64,000 nucleotides of DNA from Octopus bimaculoides (lineage: Eukaryota): the NCBI RefSeq assembly GCF_001194135.2, contig NC_068990.1, positions 93,472,172 to 93,536,171 of the forward strand. The letters are read 5' to 3'. Made by a program: the position numbers and the translations under genes. Of this stretch, positions 1-13,674 are shown piece after piece; the first letter of the stretch is position 1, and every line of letters begins with the position of its first letter. The notes under the pieces are model-generated. The model had not been told where the DNA came from. It worked only from the letters and a program-made list of their open reading frames with translations, and searched no databases.

Positions 1-394
1 ATATATAATTATGAATGAATAACATCACTAAATCCTAACTCACAGCCAGAGGTATACCTGTCATAATGCTGGAAAGTTCTTTCTAAAGTGAGGTTAAATT
101 TTGTTTCTCACATGGAAGATATTTCTCCCAAACAACAACAACAACACTGCCAAACCCTTTGTCATTTAAACCAGCCATATCTGATCTAATTATTCTACCT
201 GTTTTATGTTCAAACTCACCAGATCTGACCTCTCACACCTCCCCTACAATGTCATTCTCAAAATAAAGAGTCACATCATCAAAATCTCAACGGTATGATG
301 CATGATTAAGTCAAAACAATCATCATCATCATCATCGTCGTTTAACGTCCTCTTTCCATGCTGGCATGGGTTGGACAGTTTGACTGTAGAAAGG

Positions 395-435
<41 letters not shown>

Positions 436-2151
436 TTTCATTTGATGTCACATATACATTTATAAAAAGATTTATTTTTCTACATGAATAACATTTTTTC
501 CCCCTTATGTGAACAATATTTTTCTGAGTTTCTCTGTGGTTGATTTGACACTTTACACAAACTTTCTTTTATTTTATATTTATCTGAAATTTGTCACAAA
601 TAGCTTTGAATTTGATATTTTTAATATAATTCAATCATCATCATCATCAATAATAGTGTAAAAAAATATTCCTATTGGCCTAGTAAACCCATTCTGTCAA
701 AAATGACAGCATTTTAAAATAAATAAGCTCAAATTAAAATGAAATAAACACACACACACCCTACCACTGATATAGATACATACTTGACTTAGTGAGGATA
801 ATAGGTTTTTTTTATGAAAATTCTTTCAAGAATTGAATTCAAAGAGTTTGAAAATTTTCATCCCTAAAAGGAGTTTAACAGTGAACTTCATGATAAAAAA
901 TTTATGTAAACAATAGATATAATAAATGCCTAATTTAGCAGAAAAGAAATATATATTACATGTGTGTGAGTATAATTGTCTCTCACAGGTGTCTATGTAT
1001 GATGTGTTTGTGTACTTGGAAGAGGTTGTTTTTTTTTACTTTTGTTGTTCCGATTAACTTTTGCAGCTTGAATTTTGAAGAGCAGAACTAAAGATGGAAA
1101 ATATTTCAAAGTCTATGAATGAGTCTTAATCACCTACAATGCCAGTTTATCTTCCTTTCTTCTGTTTCCCTTCCACTACCAGAACACTTTAGTGGGACAG
1201 CGAAAAAAAAAAAAAAAATAGATATACTTACATATAAATACACAATCAAGTTTATTATAACAGACTACACTCTCAGAGTGGTTGGCGTTAGGAAGGGCAT
1301 CCAGCTGTAGAAAGTTTGCCAGATCAGAATGAGTGTTGTGCAGCCTTCTGGCTCACCAGTGCTCAGTCAAATCGTCCAACCCATGCCAGCATGGAAAGTG
1401 GACAGCTTTAACAAGAACAGATTTTGCAACAAATTTTGTGTTCCAACTCAAATACATTTGGATTAGGTTGTAGGTTAATAATGGTTTCTTGGTACATAGA
1501 AAATATGTTTCTCAATTTGTCATGATTTTGTTTTGTTCCTGCATTTAGTGGAGAATGAATATTATTTGTGCATCTGATTCCATTTCAGAAAATTTCAACC
1601 AAGTGGGCTACTTTTCTTTCAGTAGTCTACAAAGTAGATTTCTTTTTAGCCTAGATTTGTGAAATATTGTGAAGAGAAATACTTGACAAAATTATATGAC
1701 AAACGGGGAAAATCTACTGGAATTATTTGATGGAAAAACAATCTGTCAGAAATAAAATAATGTTGACAAGTTGAACTATTATTAATAATAATAATAATTG
1801 ACTGCAAGAATTCATTGCGGGGGTTCTTGAAGCAGGACCAGTAAACAAGTGTCACCCTAGTCCGCTGGCTGTGGACAGCTGACACATTCTATCACACCCA
1901 GCAAAATAAGCTGTGAGTTTTCATATGATGATGATGATAATAATAAAAATGATTTCAAATTTTGGTACAAGGCCAGCAATTTGAGGGGAGAGGGTTAAGT
2001 TGATTAGATCGACCCCAGTATGCAACTGGTACTTATTTTACCGACTCTGAAAGGATGAAAGGCAAAGCTGACCTGGGCGGAATTTGAATTCAGAATGTAG
2101 TTATGGCCGAAATACCACTAAGCATTTCATTGATTCTGCCAGCTCCCTGCT

Positions 2152-2187
<36 letters not shown>

Positions 2188-3109
2188 GAACTTCTGATGA
2201 AACCTTGCACTTAAATTTTATAGAGAGTGATTTTGGTGAGAGCTTTTCTGATAATGTCAACCTCCACATGGCTCCTGTGACTACAAAGGAGAGCAAAGGG
2301 TTAGAAGTATTTCCAATTCTCAAACCTTTCCTTGATTAAGACCAAGGCATGGATCATAATATCTAAATGCTCAACCCCGTTCTGCAACACCTTGGCCAAG
2401 TGTCTTCTATTATAACAACAAAAGCAATCCTTTCTACTCTAGGCACAAGGCCTGAAATTTGTGGGGAGGAGGATGAGTCAATTACATTGACCCCTGTGCA
2501 CAACTGGTACTTATTTCATTGACCCCAGAGGGACGAAAGGCAAAATCAACCTCAGCAGAATTTGAACTCAGAACATAGCAACAGAGGAAATGTTACTAAG
2601 CAGTTTGTGCAGCATCCCAATGAATCTGCCAGCTTAATATAATGATGATGGTGATGATGAAATCATAAATATTTATGAGGTGAAAATCTCAACAAATAAT
2701 AAAAATAATTAGATAATTAATTATGACAAATAATGATTAAATTTCTGTTTCCCACATCCAGCACCATTGTTGTAGCAGAACAAAAGAAAATTTCAATTTC
2801 AACACCTACAGATATTACCTTTTAATCATAGTGTATTGTTAAATTGAAGTAATCTTTTCTACTCTAGGCACAAGGCCCGAAACTTTTGGGGAGGGGGTCA
2901 GTCAATTAGATCCACCCCAGTATGCAACTGGTACTTAATTTATCAACTCTGAAAGTATGAAAGGTAAAGTCGACCTCAGTGGAGGTTGAACTTAGAATGT
3001 AAAGACAGACGAAATGCCACTAAACATTTCGCCTGGTATGCTAACGTTTCTGCCAGCTTGGCACCTTTGAATTGAAGCAATTCTTCCAGAAATTAGTATT
3101 CACACCTGG

Positions 3110-3140
<31 letters not shown>

Positions 3141-3333
3141 AATGCAAAAGTAAAACTGCTACATACATAAGGTTTTCATTTAGCAGTGCAGGACCATATA
3201 TATATATATATAATATTTGATTGGAGGATATGTTAACCGCATGAAGGGATAGCTGCATCCATGGAAATACTGGTTCAATACCTAGTATTTTGGGGGAATG
3301 AATTTCCTCAAAATAATAGGTATATATAAAGCA

Positions 3334-3544
3334 TATAGTTTATATCCATTTAAAAGAAGAGAACAAAATGGAGATTAGGAAGTTAATAATTGTTTATTAT
3401 TAACAAATTGGTCACCTTCGCTTCTTATAGCTATTTTAATTAATAGGGCCGTAAAAAGCGAAGATGAGCAATTTGTTGTTAATAATAAACGATTATCAAC
3501 TTCCTAATCTCCATTTTGTTCTCTTCTTTTAAATGGTTATAAAC

Positions 3545-3548
<4 letters not shown>
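3334..3548. mobile_element. Palindromic MITE or foldback element, ~90-bp near-perfect arms, TA-flanked
   Basis: ccatttaaaagaagagaacaaaatggagattaggaagtt mirrors aacttcctaatctccattttgttctcttcttttaaatgg across a ~35-nt loop. Confidence 0.8.
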
Positions 3549-3630
<82 letters not shown>

Positions 3631-3632
<2 letters not shown>

Positions 3633-3810
3633 AGAATATACGAAAAAACAGCAACAGACGAGGACAGGTGGTGTAAATAACAAAAGGATGTATTAGCATG
3701 ATGCTCAGGAATACGGAAAATCTTTGACGTTTCGAGCTACGCTCTTCAACAGAAAGAATACGGAGACAAGGAGAAAAACATGGAGAGAAAAAAATTGAAT
3801 AGTGTTCAGC
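3631..3810 (-). mobile_element. Dispersed repeat copy 1 with minimal hammerhead-like motif (3721-3757), Penelope/retrozyme-like
   Basis: Minus strand TCTTT-CTGTTGA-A-GAGC-GTA-GCTC-GAAAC-GTC-AAAGA; similar to copies at about 22.9 and 33.7 kb; abuts (TA)n. Confidence 0.6.
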
Positions 3811-3821
3811 CAACGGTCAAT

Positions 3822-3861
<40 letters not shown>

Positions 3862-4792
3862 AGGAGGGGGGAAGGGTGGAGAGATCGAGGGGAGAAAGAC
3901 AGATACATGCACGTGACACAAACATGGTAAAGATGCATGTGAAATACATGTGAGATAGTTAGAGCATGCACCTGTCCAACATAAAATATATCAAATGTCA
4001 CATGTAAAGAAGTTTTCACCCTTATAAGGGTGATACCACCCTTTAGATTTCTCTAACCTACCCAAGTATTGTCAACATGCAACTTAGAATCTCCAGGCCA
4101 AGAACATTAATCACTTTGATCTCTGCAATCTGAGAGGACTTACAGTTGCCATAGGCACAGCTCATTTCTCCCCCCAAAAGTAGAAGCAAATATCCAAAAC
4201 AGCTGTCAAGATAAGACTATTACATCATTCCATTTGTTTATTTGAATTCCATGTAAATGCATTCATTAAGCCTACTTGCATTTATCTGCCCTTTTTTACC
4301 TCCAGACCTACTCAACAAAGACTGTTGTTATGGCTGACTTTCAACATTGGAGCCACCTGTCTTGAATGAAGGAGCTGGAATTTTAAGTTCTCATTTATCT
4401 GAGCATTACTTTGTGAATGTCTATACCATGCCTACTTTAGCATTCTCCAATTCTCTCTCTCGAGGGTTCATTATATGTATCTTACACACACATATACATA
4501 CATGCATATGTATGTATACATACATATATACACGCACATGTATGTATACATGTATCTGAATCTATACGTATTACACCAACAAACAAAATCAGAGCTAAAA
4601 CCTTAAGGTAAGCTATTCATCCTCGACACACCTGAGACCTTTAAGCAAATATTTATGTAAGGACAGGACCCAGTTGATCCTTGGTAACTGTCCCACCCAG
4701 AAATAATAAAACTCCAAGAGAGGAATTGATCCTATAATCATTAAGTTAGCAGTCCAACATCTTGTTTACTCAGACATTCCATTATATAGTAG

Positions 4793-5227
4793 AGATGAGA
4801 GAGAAAGAGGTGGGGGGGNNNNNNNNNNNNNNNNNNNNNNNNNNNNNNNNNNNNNNNNNNNNNNNNNNNNNNNNNNNNNNNNNNNNNNNNNNNNNNNNNN
4901 NNNNNNNNNNNNNNNNNNNNNNNNNNNNNNNNNNNNNNNNNNNNNNNNNNNNNNNNNNNNNNNNNNNNNNNNNNNNNNNNNNNNNNNNNNNNNNNNNNNN
5001 NNNNNNNNNNNNNNNNNNNNNNNNNNNNNNNNNNNNNNNNNNNNNNNNNNNNNNNNNNNNNNNNNNNNNNNNNNNNNNNNNNNNNNNNNNNNNNNNNNNN
5101 NNNNNNNNNNTCTGATGAGGGAAAAAGAGGTGGGGGGTTGTCTGCTGAGAGAAAGTGGGGGGGTTGTGTGATGAGAGAGAAAGAGGTGGAGGTTTGTGTG
5201 ATGAGAGAGAAAGAGGTGGGGGTTTGA
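4793..5227. repeat. ~30-bp purine/G-rich minisatellite (tgtgtgatgagagagaaagaggtgggggtt) spanning an N gap
   Basis: The same unit appears on both sides of the gap at 4819-5110. Confidence 0.8.
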
Positions 5228-5637
5228 CAGTGTTATAGAATATTGTAGTGGACTTCTTCCAACTACATTTATTTACATCCTTAAGCTGCTCTTTGGTAGG
5301 TCATAGTATAAAACTTAGTGGTACTATATCATGGTAGCAACCAATATCTGTTTTCACTGAATACTTCCATGACAATTTCATTGTGCCAATGTCTCATTGC
5401 CTGGCACAGAGCCAACTTCCTCAATACTAGACTCCTTCCTGTTGAGGGGTTGTCTTGCAAATTACTTGGTCAACTCACTGGTGCTGGTACAATGTACACT
5501 GCCGTAAAGCGGTTGGCATTAGGAAGGGCATCTAGTCATAGAAACCATGCCAAAGTAAACATTGGGGCTTGGCATCTAATCGTACCAAAGAAGAAATTGG
5601 AACCAGCTCTTCTAACCCATGTCAGTATGGAAAACAG

Positions 5638-5672
<35 letters not shown>

Positions 5673-8600
5673 TAACAGTTTCTTCACTATTTTCACAGCA
5701 GATACTGTTCTAAATGGAATACACATCAATATTTTCGTGTCTGTCCATGTAGGCATATCATCACTATTAAAATGGAACCTTAAGATAGGTGTTGCTCTCT
5801 AACAGAATGCAGATTTCATCAAGTGGTACCAACTGTTATTGGCTCAAGCATGAATACATTCTCTGAGACTTACTAAACATGCCTTCAGATGTGTCTTAAA
5901 TGGAGACCCTAGATCCTTCTTCTTTCCTAATATAATCAGCCACCCCTCTTCATATATAGTCTTCTTGTAACGATTTCTCTTTAATCATTTTTCATTACTT
6001 CCATCACATCCCTTGTAAAATCTTAACATGATGTTGATGTAGCATCCTGTATTCTGATACCTTGGAGTCAACAACAGACTCAGCCATTGTTTTCTTTTCC
6101 TTATTTTACATTGTAATTGTCATCATCACTATCATTGTTTTAGCATCATTTTTCTATGCTTGTTTGGCTCAGACAGAATTCATTTCGGTAGATTTTCTAT
6201 GGCTGGACATGTTTTCATGGAAGACTGGATAAAAAGAACACCACTTGTATGATGACTATGTTCATTTTACAAGTTTTGTGCAATGTCAAAGCAAGGAGAC
6301 GCAAATACAACCAGGCACACACACAAAATCATTGTCTTAACATTCAATTTTCCATGCATGCATGAGTCAGACAGAATTTGTTGAGGCAGATTTTCTATGG
6401 CCGGATGCACTTCCTGTAGCCAATCATCAGCTGTATCCAAGCAAGGTATTTCCCTAAAGCTGAAGGTGTCTTCATGGAAGGCTGGAAATGAATCATACCA
6501 CTTGTACGGCAGTAACACTCATTTATAACGCTCATGCAATGTCTGGACCAAGAGACAGTAAAACACATACACACACATATATATACACATACACAATGGG
6601 TTTCTTTCAGTTTCTGTTTACCAAACCCACTCACAAGGCTTTGGTCAGCCTGAGGCTATAGTAGAAGATACTTGCTCAAGGTGCCATTAACTAGGACTGA
6701 ACTCCAGATCAAGTGGTTGGGAGGTAAACTTCTTAACTCCTATCATGAATTTTTTTCTTGATTTTCAGAAATTTCGTACCGGATGCTAACAACTTCAGAC
6801 CAAGCCAAAAAAATCGCAAATAAATCTACTTCGTGTGTCTAGAACAGTCGGCTTGTTCGAGAGTCCTGACTTTAGCCAAATTACTTTGGTTTTTCAAATG
6901 GCTCTTCAAATAGTTTACAAACATGTGACTTGCTTTAAAAAAGATATTTATCGACCAAGTAATTAAATAACTTCATAACCATATTTCCCATTATTGGAGT
7001 GATTTTTCGTTTTTCATTGACAAATATAACATTGTGTATGAAATTGACATCAACCAACCGTAACATTTACAACGTTTCTACTTTTGTTCTTGACCAAAGT
7101 TGGATAGGATTCCTATACGATTACCTTCACTGCTCCCACTGGTCGTTGGACATAGAATGAGACTCTGATATTGAATAGTTTCTCGTCTTATCATTTGTAC
7201 TTTAATAAAGTCTAAAGTGTTTTAATTATTATTACAAATAAACAAGCTGTTGATAACGGACCCCTTAGTATAACTACAATCATGGAAAGAAAAAAACCCC
7301 ACTTCTCTCTGTTCCAGTCGTTATTGTCAATCGATAGTTTAACCAACAATTTATCGATGTTCAACGTTTATTTATTCCATCAATTTGGCGGAAAATTGTA
7401 ATAATTTAAGAAGACAGATTAATGAGCCGTGCTAGGTTACCATATTCATCAGGTATATGGAACGTGTACATTTATTGATAAATATCTGTATGATCCAGAA
7501 AAAGCAAGTGTTACAATCAAGGTTTTCGCAAAAACATATACATATGTGAGTGCATGTGTGTGTGCGTGTGCGTCTGTGTATAATATACCAGTGTTTATAA
7601 ATACATACATACATATGTATATATATTCATTGTGAGGGGGAGATTTAAGAAGAAACTTCTAAATAATGCACGAAGAATGAAAGAGCTCTTAACTCGGATA
7701 TCGCATTAAAAAGACAATTTCTCTCCGTATATATATTTATATATAAAAGAAAAAACATACATTAAGCGAAAAAAGATTTTAAAATCAAAATCGTAGAAAG
7801 AAAATGGTTGGCGCTACGTTGTAGAATTGAATTCCATCAGTGAAATAGTGTATGTGTGTGTGTATATATATATATACATACATACATTATATATATATAT
7901 ATAATGTATGTATATATATATATGTTTGTATGAATATGTAAAGTAGTTGTGTGGATATATCTATCTGTATGTGTGTTTATTTGATAGATGACAATTTATT
8001 CTGCTCTTTCAAATTGTTATGAAAGCAATTATAATGAAGAGCAACAAAAAGCAAAAACACCTCTCTATGCCCCAACATCACACACACACACATATATATA
8101 AGGTAGATAGATAGATACACTGTGGTGTGATTCTGAGTGGCTATATGTAAATGTGTTTACATAAGTGTGTGCGTGTGTGTCTATATATATGTGTGTGTGT
8201 GTGTGATGTTGTGACTGTAGGATGTCGGTGATGAATGAGTTGCCATCGGAGTCCAACAGTAAACACCGAGCGCAGTATGTTTCTCAATGAATGTAGGATG
8301 AATATCGACAACATAAACAAATGTGCGATGAGGTGAGGCAGTTTAAAGTTGTGTTTTGGGGGGGAATAAAACAACAGACGTCTGCTATTATTATGAAATG
8401 GAAGGGACAGATTGGACGTCATGGAGCTTCACCTGCCACAATAAACAGACACACCACCGGACATTGGTGCAGAATACATGGAATCGTAAACTATGACGTG
8501 ACAAAGAATTAGGATAGAAAACTGAAAAACTGTTCCACTTTACCATATTTTCTTGGTGGATGCTATAGAAAGTCCTATCATTAGCATCAGAACACAGCCA

Positions 8601-10852
8601 TGTTTCAACTCCACGGTGCTACAGATGAAGGGGAGGAGAAAGGAGACAGTTATTCGCCCTTGTCCACAAAAACATTCTCTAATTACTCGACAGGTAGCGC
8701 TCCCTGTACGTCATTCATCTAATAATAGTGCAGTGGCGAAGACGGTGGCGGTGAATGCGTTCAGTGTTGATGGTGGTGATGGCGGGAGGTGTAAACACTA
8801 ACGGTTCTTATGATAATAGTGGTGGTGGTGGTGGCGGTGGCGATGTAAAAACGCTCACAGTCCTTATGCTGGTGATGGTGGTGGTGATGACGATCGAGGT
8901 GATTCTGTGTGATAGACATGACAACATCGCTAAATATTGCTTCTCTTAAGTGAATTTGTTAACTTTTAGGTTCCAAAATGCATATTGAGAAAAATGAAGC
9001 AGAAAGAAATGCGAGACTTGTAATGTCCTATTAGTATTGTGTATCTAATTAAGATTCAGTTGAATTAGGTACTTAAATTGAGGCACCTTGCCAGTTCGGT
9101 ATAGTCCGCACAGCTCCAAGTTAGGTGAACAGAATGTAAATTAGTAACAAGGAGGTATCCTTGTTACTTATTTATGTGGGTGTGTGTATTAATATTTAGC
9201 AGAAGTAACAGAGTGGCTCAAGGTCCGAGATTTTCGTGTGTTGGCATGAATATATATATATATAAACACACACATACGTGTGAGTGTTAGTTCACACTAC
9301 GAAATAAATAAAATTTATCTAACACTATACTCATGTTGTATCGATGTAATATGAAAGTAAACTTGGCTTGAAACAATTCCAGCGAAGTAAAGGCTGTGGT
9401 AAGAAGCTTGCTTCCCAACCACATTGTTCCTCAGTTCAGTCTTATAGCGTGGCACACTTGTCTTCTTGGGCTGATCCAAAAGTGTGTGTGTTTGTATCTG
9501 TGTATATTCAGTTTTATTTCGAAATTTCTTGCCATTGAGTTCTTGTAGTAGCCAGCTCTTTGACAGAAAGAGGAAAAAATGGAGAGCGAATATATAGGGA
9601 GAGAGAGAGAGAGTACCAGTTGAACACTGGGTTGATGTAATCAACGCATCACCATCTCCCCCAAGCTGCCCTTGTGACAAAATTTGAATTCATTATTATT
9701 ATCATAGGACATGCTCAACTGGTTAAGGTCAAACAAGTGACAAGCAAATCTGTGGTATTGAGCAGAATATTTGCTGTAGCCCATCTTTTATACCAAGACC
9801 AAGCAATGTACATGATAACACTTCCAGTCAGTTAAGATCAGGAACCATGAGAGCCATTGCCGGGTACTTTATCATCATCATCATCATCATCGTTGTTGTT
9901 GTTAAGGTTGCAAGCTGCAAGAACCATTAACATACCAAACTAAAAACACAGTGGCATTTCCTGTGGCTCTTGATGTTCTGAGTTCAAATGCTGTTGAGGT
10001 CATCTATGTTTTCGTTGTTTTGGGGGTCAATAAAATTAAGTCTCAGTCAAGCACTGGGTAAGTGGAGGACGAGGGGTCAATGTAATCGACTACCCCCCCC
10101 CCCATCCTTATGCCAATGACAGAAAGCATTGTCATTAGGAAGCAGAGTTGTCACTGCATCAGACAAAATTGCTCAGCAGCATTTCATCCGAAGTTTTGTG
10201 TTCTGAATTCAAAACTTATCTAAGGCTGATTTTGTTTTTCAGCTTTTGGGTAAGATGTTGACAGAATAAGTACCAGATATGTTCTGGGGTTGATGTAAAT
10301 GACTTATGACTTGTCCCCCTCCCCCAAATTTTAGGTCTTGTAGAAGGGGTATTATTTATGCCTTTATTGGCCACAAGAGGCAAAACATAGAGGGGACAAC
10401 CAAGGACAGACAAAGGGATTAAGTCAATTACATCGACTCCAGTGCATAACTGGTACTTATTTTATCGACCCCGAAAAGATGAAAGGCAAAGTCGACCTCG
10501 GCAGAATTTGAACTCAGAACGTAAAGACAGACGAAATACCGCTAAGCATTTCACCCGGCATCCTAACGACTCTGTCAACTCGTTGCCCTTAAGCAAGGGT
10601 TATTATTAATGACACTGAACTGGCAGCATCCTTTGCACTCAAGACAAACAAACCCAACAGTATTTCGTCTGTCTTTATGTTCTGAGTTCAAATTCTGCTG
10701 AGGTCGACTTTGCCTTTCATCCTTTCGGGGTCAATTAAATAAATACCCAATTGAACACTGAGGTTGATGTAATCAACTAGCCTCCTCCCCTTCAGGTTTG
10801 TACTTATTGTAGAAAGTGTTATTATCATCATCATCATCATCATCATTATTAC

Positions 10853-10887
<35 letters not shown>

Positions 10888-10888
<1 letters not shown>

Positions 10889-11100
10889 GGTGGTGAGCTG
10901 GCAAAATTGTTAGCATGCTGGGCAAAATGCATAACAGCGTTTTGTCCATCCTTTCATTCCGAGTTCAAATTCTGTCAAATTCAACTTTACCTTTCATCCT
11001 TTTGGGGTCAATGAAATAAGAACCAGTTATGCACTGGGGTTGATGTAATCGACTGTCCCCCTCTGCCCCAAATTTCAGGCCTTTGCCTATAGTAGAAAGG
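10888..11100 (+). mobile_element. SINE group A flanked by (ATT)n on both sides. Other copies near 1948-2151(-), 2420-2635(-), 2855-3065(-), 9960-10135(+), 10195-10345(+), 10360-10590(-), 10650-10820(+), 12963-13150(+), 28857-29070(-), 37150-37360(-), 48985-49085(+)
   Basis: Same head and core as 55863-56070; three different 3' tails among copies. Confidence 0.8.
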
Positions 11101-11114
11101 ATTATTATTATTAC

Positions 11115-11180
<66 letters not shown>

Positions 11181-13606
11181 TATTATTACAACAGTCTGGA
11201 AATAATTTTCTCTGTAAATCATTCTATGAAGAACGCTCCTCTCCAACCCTTATAACTCTCTTCTGCTTACTGCATATTATCCACGTTTTACTTTCTATTG
11301 AAATCGTTTCTGTTAACTGACCCCAATTCTGCCTTCCTTGAATGTCACTGTTTGCGTTTCATATGGAAAACAACAAATTATTGAATATTTTAACACTCTA
11401 TTCTTTTCCCTGTTTACCGAAACGATTATGCAGTGATTTCTCCAACACATGAATGAGATTGTATAACAACTGTGCGACAAGGAAATGTATTCATTAAAAT
11501 AAATGTTGTTACTGTGTTATTAACGATGATGGTATTTAGAGCAGAGGGTGTGTGCAAACAACATTTAACACAAACTACAGAACTACACAATCGGTTTTTT
11601 ATTGGTCAAACAACAACAATATCTTCAGGGCTTGTGTAAAATGTAAAAGGCAAATGTGATTAATTAAGAATGTGAGTAATTAAGACATTTCAGCGGATTT
11701 TTTTTGGAAAGTTTTCTTGTATTATGTCTGCTTATCAAACAGCCATTCCTGCCCCGTGGGTTATCTTCTAGGACAGCTACAGAGGCTTAAATCTGTAAAT
11801 ATAATAAATTCTCTAAATATAGTAAATTAGAACTAAAGGAATTAAAGAAGGTTATAAAGATTTTAATCTTTGCTGAATCCTTGACAGGGTTTCAATTTCT
11901 GGTTGAAGCTATTTCAATTCATTTATGTAAGAAATGTCTTTTGAAAGGATATTTACATCACAGCTTCCTATTTCTAGTAAAATGAAAATAAAAATCTCAC
12001 TATTTGAGCTTAGAAAAAATGAAACTTATTGTTGAAATCAGAAATTACTATTGAACTGTCTGGATCTGAAATATGCTGGACTAAATGTGTTAGTTTATTT
12101 GATATGCTACCCCCTTATTCTAAGTTCAAATCCATTTAAGATCATCTTTACTTTTTTTTTCCGTTTAAATGATAAGTAATTGGTATTTAATTGACATGTG
12201 GGTCTTTTTAAAGCATTATACTCCTTCCCTTTGTCTGTAATTTCTTCAAAAGATATTCAGTAGTCAAAATGCATGAATATCAAAAGTTTTTAGCCAAATA
12301 GCGTTATCTACCAAATAAGAATTATCTTCCTTAGCTCATAGTAAATGCTTGAATTCTCTCCCTTACATCGAGGAATGGAAGAAATAATGGTTCAGTGTTG
12401 CTGTGTTGGAACGTTAAGCAGTAAAATCTCAACGAGAATAGAAAGTAGATTATTGGTTACAAGAGAGTCGTGATTCAGTGTTTTGTCAGAATCGTCGGTT
12501 GTATATTTTAGAGTGAAGTCAGGACAGCTACCCTGTCTTACATTACTTAGTTTCTTGGTTTTAAAATAATATCCGGATATTTATGTCAAAATGACAGAAG
12601 TTATCAAAAACTGGACAGAACTTGAAATTGTGATCTATTGACAATCGATTCGATATTAAATGCCGCTAAGCATTTTTTACCCTGGCGCCCTGACAATTCT
12701 GTTGGCTCACCATTTTAGCATGCCTAGACATTAATAGCACTTAGTTATGGCTTTCAGCCACAGACTGGTGAAGTTGGTTCTGTTAAGAACTAATTGATCT
12801 GTAATAAATATAAGCACTCTTGTTTATCTTAAAAGAAAGCAAAAGATACTTTTGAATTTTCAGGAAAATAGCACAACACTAACCACTGATTCACATTTTT
12901 AGTTAAAAACCTGAAATGTGATAATCTTCATATATATAGCTTTGTTATTTTAAAATACACAAAGGTGGGTGAGGTAGCAGAATTTTTAGCAAGCTGGGAA
13001 AAATGCTTAGCGCCATTTTACCACTTTTATGTGCTGAGTTCAAACTCTGCCAAGGTCAACTTTGCCTTTCATCCTTTTGGGGTCAGTGTAATTGACTGGC
13101 CCCTTCCTGCAAAGTTTCAGACCTTTATGCCTGTTAGAGAAAGGATTTTAAAATACACAGAGGGCAACAGTCTTGTTGTTGTCTCTAGTTTTTTGCCTTA
13201 CACATAGAAACACAAACACACAAGTCAATGTAATACGTGAGTGTGTCTGCGTCAGTGTCTGATGTGTGTGAGTGTGTGCATCATCATCATCACCATCATC
13301 GTCATCATTGTCATCATTCAAAGTCTGTTTTTCCAGGTTGGTAGAGGTGTGTGTGTCTGTGTGTCTGTGTGTATAATTTCTCACTCTCTCTCTCTCTCTC
13401 TCTTTCTCCTCCTCCTCCTCATCTCTGATTCGAAACAAAATTACTTCCGTAATTCTTGAAGAGAATAAAAAAACTCCCTCTCCGCATTCTCCCTGTTTAG
13501 TCCTTTGATGTAAGATTTATCTGCATAAGCCTCTGATTAGCATCATAAACGTTTTGTGTGTGTGTGTGTAAATGTGCAAATGTGTGTGTATGTGTTTGTG
13601 TGTGTG

Positions 13607-13674
<68 letters not shown>

